Of a stretch of DNA of 64,000 nucleotides, positions 41,101 to 49,400 are shown piece after piece. Location of the stretch: contig JBHGNT010000035.1 in assembly GCA_043228905.1 (NCBI GenBank), forward strand, positions 124,001 through 188,000, in the 5' to 3' direction. The stretch comes from Azolla caroliniana (lineage: Eukaryota; Plantae; Polypodiophyta). The position numbers and the translations under genes were made by a program. The notes under the pieces are model-generated. The model saw nothing but the letters and a program-made list of their open reading frames with translations, was not told the DNA's origin and searched no databases. How positions within the stretch are numbered: position 1 is the stretch's first letter; every line of letters starts with the position of its first letter.

Positions 41101-41666
41101 CGATACTTCTCGGGGAGTTGAACAGTACTGTCTTCTTTAGTGGTGATGGAGGGGTTTACTGATATTGCGAAAAGGAACATCTCCTCCTTGCGCCCTTCTT
41201 CACGCAACTGATGTAGCGAAATGGTTGCCATTGTCTTTTGGGTTTGTCGACACCGGATTGCCCTTGTTCTCCAATCTATGTTTGGATTGTGTAATTCGAA
41301 CCATGGTAATCCTAAAACTATGGGATGTTCTGGGATACTAATAATATTAAACGACACTACACATGCTAAGTTATCTAGGACAATATTAACAGGTTCTGAC
41401 TCTTCTATGATATTCCCAGAAGCAATGGGACGACCATCAATGACTACTACTGAGGCTGGACACGGGAGCTTACTGAGGGATATCTGATGGGCTTGGGCAA
41501 AATTCCTATCCATAAAGCAAGAATTAGCTCCGGAATCTAGAAGTGCTAAGGTATGTACTGGAGGGGTACTTTTAGTACTAACTGCTACTTGGGCTACGAA
41601 CACATCACTAACTTGCTTAGAGGGAATGGAACCACTAATGGGCTGCACAGATCTAGGGTTGTCCAA
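38118..41666 (-). CDS. pol: Pol polyprotein (aspartic protease, reverse transcriptase, RNase H, integrase, chromodomain); probably made as Gag-Pol by -1 frameshift (the frame is open up to 41720)
   Basis: Protease LLDSGA; RT LRLVVDYRGLN, VMPFGLTNAP and YLDDLL; RNase H ADASD, ELLAIV and SDHKNL; integrase HHCC (CHD..GHFG..CDTC), LDFI/SDRG/QAER (DD35E) and GPF; chromodomain EYEVAAILDS..YLVDWLGY..TWEP. The listed start is TTG rather than ATG. The stop codon lies inside the 3' LTR. Confidence 0.96.
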   Translation of the reverse strand: MDNPRSVQPISGSIPSKQVSDVFVAQVAVSTKSTPPVHTLALLDSGANSCFMDRNFAQAHQISLSKLPCPASVVVIDGRPIASGNIIEESEPVNIVLDNLACVVSFNIISIPEHPIVLGLPWFELHNPNIDWRTRAIRCRQTQKTMATISLHQLREEGRKEEMFLFAISVNPSITTKEDSTVQLPEKYRQYADVFDKVQANTLPHHRPYDCAIDLQPGKEPPWGPIYSLSPTELEVLRAYIEENLENGFIRHSKSPAGAPIFFVKKKDGSLRLVVDYRGLNKVTIRNRYALPLISSLLERINGARFFTKIDLRGAYNLVRIRPGDEWKTAFRTRYGHFEYTVMPFGLTNAPAVFQHMANDIFRDLLDDFLIIYLDDLLVYSKTQEEHDSHVLLVLKRLREHGLYAKLEKCSFGCNQVEFLGYVISSEGISMDPAKVKTVVEWQTPRSVRDVQCFLGFANFYRKFIQDYSKIVLPLTQLTRKGQSFIWSKETDMAFESLKKAFTSAPILGHVDPEQPFIIEADASDFALGSILSQQGNDEKLHPVAFHSRKFDAAEINYEIHDKELLAIVDSFIQWRHFLEGSPHQVTVFSDHKNLAYFQDARVLNRRQARWAHFLTRFDFKITYRPGKHQGKADALSRRSYLTPRPGEPAFDNQKQVILGPARLQGAQVFDMPMDSDVTNTIREDLKTDAFAQAILAQIDPCRASCSQSQPPGTDYRQFKYCDGLLFFKELLYVPNGSCRLRVVQNCHDTYTAGHFGSTKTLDLVQRSFWWPRMQQFVKDFVRTCDTCCRAKMPRHHPYGLLEPLPIPSKPWQSIALDFITDLPVSKEFNAILTVVDRYTKMAHFLPCTKEISSEDTAEIVMREVCRHHGLPDSIISDRGPQFVSKFWKHLFKMLKVTCNLSSGYHPQTDGQAERTNQTLEQYLRCFLSYHQDDWADILHFAEFAYNNAIHASTKVTPFYAYTGCHPRWSVLEVPEVSTNPCAEDRLERLRKIQEDLSTQLQHAQQSHKDYADRHRLPSSFNIGDRVWLLRRHIKTTRPCEKLDYRRLGPFRIIGKINDVAFRLDLPPQLRIHPVFHSSLLEPYHESTIPGRITQPPPPIELEDGPEYEVAAILDSKIVRNKLYYLVDWLGYSPSERTWEPIENVTNARALLEDFHRRYPEKPGPQSKTTRGTRRFKGGIVS
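38126..38138 (-). promoter_or_regulatory. Polypurine tract
   Basis: AAAGGGGGGATAG on the minus strand, directly before the TG of the 3' LTR. Confidence 0.9.
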
Positions 41667-41705
41667 CCAAACGGCTCCTATTTTGGCTGGACTTAATAGT
41701 TTAAC
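41661..41705 (-). promoter_or_regulatory. Putative -1 programmed ribosomal frameshift signal
   Basis: G_TTA_AAC in the gag frame (41705-41699), 6-nt spacer TATTAA, then the 11-bp stem GTCCAGCCAAA/TTTGGTTGGAC (one G-U) with a 10-nt loop. pol is in the -1 frame and overlaps gag by 28 nt. Confidence 0.75.
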
Positions 41706-42883
41706 TCTTCTTCTAACTGACTAAGGACATCAAATTTGTTGACTAAATTTGGACTATAAGTACTATTAGAACTTTCATGCATACCTAGGGAAGTAGACTC
41801 AGTTTTAGTATTATTAAGACTATCAGACACACCTAGGGAAACAGACTCGGGTTTAGTACTATTAGTACAGGCAATTATTTGGTTTACCTGTCTTTTTGGT
41901 CTATTGGGACAGTTTACTGCAATATGCCCTGGTCCCCCGCAATACAAACATAGTCGATGTGCCCTGCGTCGCTGCTTTTCTTCTTCCGATAGTGGTCCGC
42001 GACGACGTGTGGTGTCGATCTCCATTGGAGTCGGAGTATTCGTTGGAGATGTACTGAAGGACTCCCTTGAAAAAGGCTTTGCTACGATTGAAGCATAGGT
42101 AGGCTCCGATCTTGTCCTTGGCATTTGGAACTGACGTTCCGAGCATCGTTCGAAGAGGCGGTAATCGCATCGCACTGCACGACTGATTGCTTCGGTCAAT
42201 GATTTTGGCTCTTCGGGGAAAGTTAAGAGTAGATCTTTAACATCATTCCGTAGGCCAAAGCGAAATTGTTCCATCAATGCCTGGTCATCCCAGGGAATAT
42301 CGCTGGCAAGAAGACGGAAGTCCGCAGCATAAGCTGAGGCCGGCCGCTCACCTTGGCGCAATCTCCGGATTTTGTTGATGGCGGTTCTAACACTGTCAGT
42401 ATCTCCGAAACAGGATTTAAACTTGCTCATAAACTCTTCAAAATTATTTAACATGGGAGAGTTTTTCTCTAACAGAGGGGCGAACCATGCCAAAGTCGTG
42501 CCACTAAGTAGAGTGCCAACTAGTCCCACTCGGGATGCATCGGTGGGATATCGAGAAGGATGCATTTGGATCACTAGACGTACCTGGTTGAGGAATCCTC
42601 TAAACTGTGATCTGGTCCCATCAAATTTTGTAGGGAGACCGATCTTGGGTTCTCTGTGAATCCCTTGATTACCTGATCCTTGTTGTTGGAGTGATATAAT
42701 GGTCGCTTCGAGTTGTTGTACCCGTAGCGTCAGCTCCCCATGTTGTTGCTGTTTTTCCAGCGCCGTTTGTTGAAGATCCCCCAACAGGCGGTGATTTTCT
42801 TGTTCAAGCGCTAAAAATTTCTCCTTTAAGGACTGGAGCTCCGAGAAAACAGATTGGTATTCTTGAGCGCTAACAGTTTCCAT
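41693..42883 (-). CDS. gag: Retrotransposon Gag (N-terminal coiled coil, capsid-like domain, CCHC zinc knuckle)
   Basis: 396-aa ATG-initiated ORF with KFDG..SQFRGFLNQV, LRQG..SAYAADFR and PTPMEID motifs, and the knuckle CLYCGGPGHIAVNC. Confidence 0.95.
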   Translation of the reverse strand: METVSAQEYQSVFSELQSLKEKFLALEQENHRLLGDLQQTALEKQQQHGELTLRVQQLEATIISLQQQGSGNQGIHREPKIGLPTKFDGTRSQFRGFLNQVRLVIQMHPSRYPTDASRVGLVGTLLSGTTLAWFAPLLEKNSPMLNNFEEFMSKFKSCFGDTDSVRTAINKIRRLRQGERPASAYAADFRLLASDIPWDDQALMEQFRFGLRNDVKDLLLTFPEEPKSLTEAISRAVRCDYRLFERCSERQFQMPRTRSEPTYASIVAKPFSRESFSTSPTNTPTPMEIDTTRRRGPLSEEEKQRRRAHRLCLYCGGPGHIAVNCPNRPKRQVNQIIACTNSTKPESVSLGVSDSLNNTKTESTSLGMHESSNSTYSPNLVNKFDVLSQLEEELNY

Positions 42884-42966
42884 TTTGATAGGGAGAATAA
42901 GGGTATTAGTATGAAGAGAAGGAGGATAAAAGGGAAGGAAGAGGGAGAGAAAGACCAGATGGAGGG

Positions 42967-42980
42967 AAATCGGTTCAAAC
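42967..42980 (-). promoter_or_regulatory. Primer binding site, self-priming (non-tRNA) type
   Basis: The minus strand reads ...CTGACA|GTTTGAACCGATTT. There is no TGG to pair with a tRNA CCA end. It is a perfect 12-nt complement of AAATCGGTTCAA inside the LTR (43227-43216, minus strand). Confidence 0.85.
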
Positions 42981-43118
42981 TGTCAGGAACGCTACCTAGG
43001 CGGAGAAGGAATTAGTACTAAAAGAAGGATTAGTACAATTGTTGAGAACAGTACTAAGACAGAGAAGGATTAGTACTATGAGAGGTGTAGAACGTTGAGA
43101 GAAGGAACGAGTGAGAGG

Positions 43119-43142
43119 GAGAGAGAGAGAGAGAGAGAGAGA
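43119..43142. repeat. (GA)12 microsatellite in the R/U5 part of the 5' LTR
   Basis: Direct reading of the sequence; (TC)n on the element's sense strand. Confidence 0.9.
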
Positions 43143-43253
43143 ATGATGATACGAAGGATATATGTATTAGGTGAAGGAAAATATACAATAACAGCTAGAA
43201 GGCTTAAGACTGGCGTTGAACCGATTTGGTTCGAACTAATGCCTTGCGCCTCC

Positions 43254-43260
43254 TTTTATA
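43254..43260 (-). promoter_or_regulatory. LTR TATA box (second copy at 37960-37966)
   Basis: CTATAAAAGG on the minus strand, 33 nt upstream of the first base of the predicted self-primer/TSS (43227). Confidence 0.75.
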
Positions 43261-43264
43261 GTGT

Positions 43265-43319
43265 CTTCAGGAATACTCCTGAAGTTTCTAGAATGTTCCA
43301 GAGAAATCTGGAATATACA
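43265..43319. promoter_or_regulatory. Heat-shock-element-like array in U3 (second copy at 37971-38025)
   Basis: In-phase alternating pentamers cTTCa gGAAt aCTCc tGAAg tTTCt aGAAt gTTCc aGAGa aATCt gGAAt aTACa. Seven of 11 are perfect nGAAn/nTTCn, four of them consecutive. Confidence 0.72.
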
Positions 43320-43419
43320 TCCATTTCCTAATAAAATATAAATGAAAATAATATACTTCGAATTACAATGTATAATATAACGGTAACAACAGGTTATGGG
43401 TTCGAGTCTAGTTATGACA

Positions 43420-46400
43420 GTCGCTCGACGTGGGTTTCAAAATCTTGACTTTTTAATTCCATATCATAGCTAGCGTTGTTAGCTTCAATTCGCATGTTTG
43501 AACACAGAAATCCGATATCACACGAGCCAGATATGAACATTTTAATTTACCTACCTGCTCTTGTCAACTCCCACCTCAAATTTGCTAATTTCTTCATGTC
43601 GCTCGACCTGATTTTTAAAATCTTGATTTTTTAATTCCATATCATAGCTAGCGTTGTTAGCTTCGATTCGCATGTTTGAACACAGAAATCCGATATCACA
43701 CGAGCCAGATATGAACATTTTAATTTACCTACTTGCTCTTGTCAACTCCCACCTCAAATTTGCTAATTTCTTCATGTCGCTCGACGTGGGTTTCAAAATC
43801 TTGATTTTTTAATTCCATATCATAGCTAGCGTTGTTAGCTTCGATTCGCATGTTTGAACACAAAAATCCGATATCACACGAGCCAGATATGAACATTTTA
43901 ATTTACCTACTTACTCTTGTCAACTCCCGCCTCAAATTTGCTAATTTCTTCATGTCGCTCGACGTGGGTTTTAAAATCTTGACTTTTTAATTCCATATCA
44001 TAGCTAGCGTTGTTAGCTTCAATTCGCATGTTTGAACACAGAAATCCGATATCACACGAGCCAGATATGAACATTTTAATTTACCTACTTGCTCTTGTCA
44101 ACTCCCACCTCAAATTTGCTAATTTCTTCATGTCGCTCGACCTGATTTTTAAAATCTTGTTTTTTTAATTCCATATCATAGCTAGCGTTGTTAGCTTCAA
44201 TTCGCATGTTTGAACACAAAAATCCGATATCGCACGAGCCAGATATGAACATTTTAATTTACCTACTTACTCTTGTCAACGCCTGCCTCAAATTAATTCC
44301 ATATCATAGCTAGCGTTGTTAGCTTCAATTCGCATGTTTGAACACAGAAATCCGATATCACACGAGCCAGATATGAACATTTTAATTTACCTACTTGCTC
44401 TTGTCAACTCCCACCTCAAATTTGCTAACTTCTTCATGTCACTCGACCTGAGTTTTAAAATCTTGATTTTTTAATACCATATCATAGCTAGCGTTGTTAG
44501 CTTCAATTCGCATGTTTGAACACAGAAATCCGATATCACACGAGCCAGATATGAACATTTTAATTTACCTACTTGCTCTTGTCAACTCCCACCTCAAATT
44601 TGCTAATTTCTTCATGTCGCTCGACCTGATTTTTAAAATTTTGATTTTTTAATTCCATATCATAGCTAGCGTTGTTAGCTTCGATTCGCATGTTTGAACA
44701 CAGAAATACGATATCACACGAGCCAGATATGAACATTTTAATTTACCTACTTGCTCTTGTCAACTCCCACCCCAAATTTGCTAACTTCTTCATGTCGCTC
44801 GACCTGAGTTTTAAAATCTTGATTTTTTAATTCCATATCATAGCTAGCGTTGTTAGCTTCAATTCGCATGTTTGAACACAGAAATTCGATATCACACGAG
44901 CCAGATATGAACATTTTAATTTACCTACTTGCTCTTGTCAACTCCCGCCTCAAATTTGCTAATTTCTTCATGTCGCTCGACGTGGGTTTCAAAATCTTGA
45001 TTTTTTAATTCCATATCATAGCTAGCGTTGTTAGCTTCGATTCGCATGTTTGAACACAGAAATCCGATATCACACGAGCCAGATATGAACATTTTAATTT
45101 ACCTACTTGCTCTTGTCAACTTCCACCTCAAATTTGCTAATTTCTTCATGTCGCTCGACCTGGGTTTCAAAATCTTGATTTTTTAAATCCATATCATAGC
45201 AAGCATTGTTAGCTTCGATTCGCATGTTTGAACACAAAAATCCGATATCACACGAGCCAGATATGAACATTTTAATTTACTAACGCGTTGTTCTAAACTC
45301 CCGCCTCAAATTTGCTAATTTCTTCATGTCTCTCGACGTGAGTGTCCAAATCTTGATTTTTTAATTCCATATCATAGCAAGCGTTGTTAGCTTCGATTCG
45401 CACGTTTGAACACAGAAATCCAATATCACAGGAGCCAAATATGAACATTTTAATTTACCTACTTGCTCTTGTCAACTCCCACCTCAAATTTGCTAATTTC
45501 TTCATGTCGCTCGACCTGATTTCTAAAATCTTGATTTTTTAATTCCATATCATAGCTAGCGTTGTTAGCTTCGATTCGCATGTTTGAACACAAAAATCCG
45601 ATATCACACGAGCCAGATATGAACATTTTAATTTACCTACTTACTCTTGTCAACTCCTGCCTCAAATTTGCTAATTTCTTCATGTCTCTCGACGTGAGTG
45701 TCGAAATCTTGATTTTTTAATTCCATATCATAGCAAGCGTTGTTAGCTTCGATTCGCCTGTTTGAACACAGAAATCCGATATCACACGAGCCAGATATGA
45801 ACATTTTAATTTACCTACTTGCTCTTGTCAACTCAGACCTCAAATTTGCTAATTTCTTCATGTCGCACGACCTGAGTTTTAAAATCTTGATTTTTTAATT
45901 CCATATCATAGCTAGCGTTGTTAGCTTCAATTCGCATGTTTGAACACAGAAATCCGATATCACACGAGCCAGATATGAACATTTTAATTTACCTACTTGC
46001 TCTTGTCAACTCCCACCTCAAATTTGCTAATTTCTTCATGTCGCTCGACGTGGGTTTCAAAATCTTGATTTTTTAATTCCATATCATAGCTAGCGTTGTT
46101 AGCTTCGATTCGCATGTTTGAACACAGAAATCCGATATCACACGAGCCAGATATGAACATTTTAATTTACCAACTTACTCTTGTCAACTCCTGCCTCAAA
46201 TTTGCTAATTTCTTCATGTCTCTCGACGTGAGTGTCCAAATCTTGATTTTTTAATTCCATATCATAGCAAGCGTTGTTAGCTTCAATTCGCATGTTTGAA
46301 CACAAAAATCCGATTTTACACGAGCCAAATATCAACATTTTAATTTACTAACGCGTTGTTCTAAACTCCCTCCTCAAATTTGCTAATTTCTTCATGTCTC

Positions 46401-49400
46401 TCGACCTGCGTTTGAAAATCTTTATTTTTTAATTCCATATCATAGCTAGTTTTGTTAGTTTCGATTCGCATGTTTGAACACAAAAATCCGATTTTACACG
46501 AGCCAAATATGAACATTTTAATTTACTAACGCGTTGTTCTAAACTCCCTCCTCAAATTTGCTAATTTCTTCATGTCTCTCGACGTGGGTTTCAAAATCTT
46601 GACTTTTTAATTCCATATCATAGCAAGCGTTCTTAGCTTCGATTCGCATGTTTGAACACAGAAATCCAATATCACAGGAGCCAGATATGAACATTTTAAT
46701 TTACCTACTTGCTCTTGTCAACTCCCACCTCAAATTTGCTAATTTCTTCATGTCGCTCGACGTGGGTTTCAAAATCTTGACTTTTTAATTCCATATCATA
46801 GCTAGCGTAGTTAGCTTCAATTCGCATGTTTGAACACAGAAATTCGATATCACACGAGCCAGATATGAACATTTTAATTTACCTACTTGCTCTTGTCAAC
46901 TCCCTCCTCAAATTTGCTAATTTCTTCATGTCTCTCGACGTGGGTTTCAAAATCTTGATTTTTTAATTCCATATCATAGCTAGCATTGTTAGCTTCGATT
47001 CGCATGTTTGAACACAGAAATCCAATATCACAGGAGCCAGATATGAACATTTTAATTTACCTACTTGCTCTTGTCAACTCCCACCTCAAATTTGCTAATT
47101 TCTTCATGTCGCTCGACGTGGGTTTCAAAATCTTGACTTTTTAATTCCATATCATAGCTAGCGTAGTTAGCTTCAATTCGCATGTTTGAACACAGAAATT
47201 CGATATCACACGAGCCAGATATGAACATTTTAATTTACCTACTTGCTCTTGTCAACTCCCGCCTCAAATTTGCTAATTTCTTCATGTCGCTCGACCTGAG
47301 TTTTAAAATCTTGATTTTTTAATTCCATATCATAGCTAGCATTGTTAGCTTCGATTCGCATGTTTGAACACAGAAATCCGATATCACACGAGCCAGATAT
47401 GAAAATTTTAATTTACCTACTTGCTCTTGTCAACTCCCACCTCAAATTTGCTAATTTCTTCATGTCGCTCGACCTGGGTTTCAAAATCTTGATTTTTTAA
47501 TTCCATATCATAGCTAGCGTTGTTAGCTTCGATTCGCATGTTTGAACACAGAAATCCGATATCACACAAGCCAGATATGAACATTTTAATTTACCTACTT
47601 ACTCTTGTCAACTCCCGCCTCAAATTTGCTAATTTCTTCATGTCGCTCGACGTGGGTTTCAAAATCTTGACTTTTTAATTCCATATCATAGCTAGCATTG
47701 TTAGCTGCGATTCGCATGTTTGAACACAGAAATCCGATATCACACGAGCCAGATATGAACATTTTAATTTACCTACTTGCTCTTGTCAACTCCCACCTCA
47801 AATTTGCTAATTTCTTCATGTCGCTCGACGTGGGTTTCAAAATCTTGATTTTTTAATTCCATATCATAGCTAGCGTTGTTAGCTTCGATTCGCATGTTTG
47901 AACACAAAAATCCGATATCACACGAGCCAGATATGAACATTTTAATTTACTAACGCGTTGTTCTAAACTCCCGCCTCAAATTTGCTAATTTCTTCATGTC
48001 TCTCGACGTGAGTGTCCAAATCTTGATTTTTTAATTCCATATCATAGCAAGCGTTGTTAGCTTCGATTCGCACGTTTGAACACAGAAATCCAATATCACA
48101 GGAGCCAAATATGAACATTTTAATTTACCTACTTGCTCTTGTCAACTCCCACCTCAAATTTGCTAATTTCTTCATGTCGCTCGACCTGATTTCTAAAATC
48201 TTGATTTTTTAATTCCATATCATAGCTAGCGTTGTTAGCTTCGATTCGCATGTTTGAACACAAAAATCCGATATCACACGAGCCAGATATGAACATTTTA
48301 ATTTACCTACTTACTCTTGTCAACTCCTGCCTCAAATTTGCTAATTTCTTCATGTCTCTCGACGTGAGTGTCGAAATCTTGATTTTTTAATTCCATATCA
48401 TAGCAAGCGTTGTTAGCTTCGATTCGCCTGTTTGAACACAGAAATACGATATCACACGAGCCAGATATGAACATTTTAATTTACCTACTTGCTCTTGTCA
48501 ACTCAGACCTCAAATTTGCTAATTTCTTCATGTCGCACGACCTGAGTTTTAAAATCTTGATTTTTTAATTCCATATCATAGCAAGCGTTGTTAGCTTCAA
48601 TTCGCATGTTTGAACACAGAAATCCGATATCACACGAGCCAAATATGAACATTTTAATTTACCTACTTGCTCTTGTCAACTCCCACCTCAAATTTGCTAA
48701 TTTCTTCATGTCGCTGGACCTGAGTTTTAAAATCTTGATTTTTTAATTCCATATCATAGCTAGCGTTGTTAGCTTCAATTCGCATGTTTGAACACAAAAA
48801 TCCGATATCACACGAGCCAGATATGAACATTTTAATTTACCTACTTGCTCTTGTCAACTCCCACCTCAAATTTGCTAATTTCTTCATGTCGCTCGACCTG
48901 ATTTTTAAAATCTTGATTTTTTAATTCCATATCATAGCTAGCATTGTTAGCTGCGATTCGCATGTTTGAACACAGAAATCCGATATCACACGAGCCAGAT
49001 ATGAACATTTTAATTTACCTACTTGCTCTTGTCAACTCCCACCTCAAATTTGCTAATTTCTTCATGTCGCTCGACGTGGGTTTCAAAATCTTGATTTTTT
49101 AATTCCATATCATAGCTAGCGTTGTTAGCTTCGATTCGCATGTTTGAACACAAAAATCCGATATCACACGAGCCAGATATGAACATTTTAATTTACCTAC
49201 TTACTCTTGTCAACTCCCGCCTCAAATTTGCTAATTTCTTCATGTCGCTCGACGTGGGTTTCAAAATCTTGACTTTTTAATTCCATATCATAGCTAGCGT
49301 TGTTAGCTTCAATTCGCATGTTTGAACACAGAAATCCGATATCACACGAGCCAGATATGAACATTTTAATTTACCTACTTGCTCTTGTCAACTCCCACCT

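Larger units (their letters stand above)
37922..43419 (-). mobile_element. Ty3/Gypsy LTR retrotransposon, chromovirus (Tf1/sushi/Tcn1-like), near full length with a truncated 3' LTR
   Basis: gag plus pol in the order PR-RT-RH-IN-chromodomain; direct terminal repeats identical over 205 bp; PBS and PPT present; GTCG target duplication; satellite resumes in register. The clade within chromoviruses is inferred. Confidence 0.96.
42981..43419 (-). repeat. 5' LTR (439 bp)
   Basis: Bounded by inverted termini TGTCA (42981) and TGACA (43419). 43215-43419 is identical to 37921-38125. The PBS lies immediately internal to 42981. The internal boundary is inferred from the TG..CA termini and PBS position because the other LTR is truncated. 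Confidence 0.88.

Noticed and set aside
38288-42659. Alternative-frame and antisense ORFs overlapping gag and pol
   Set aside because: Short shadow ORFs of the long coding frames with no motifs.
43265-43313. Hairpins CTTCAGGA-ATAC-TCCTGAAG and TTCCAGA-GAAA-TCTGGAA as terminators or ncRNA
   Set aside because: Explained by the dyad symmetry of the alternating nGAAn array in U3, upstream of the predicted TSS.
43095-43331. 78-aa ORF with an ER repeat in the LTR
   Set aside because: Translation of the (GA)n microsatellite with a TTG start.
43215-43419. Treating the LTRs as a normal 205-bp pair
   Set aside because: That leaves no proper TG..CA boundary or PBS at 43215. The TGTCA terminus and PBS at 42981/42980 indicate a 439-bp LTR with a truncated partner.
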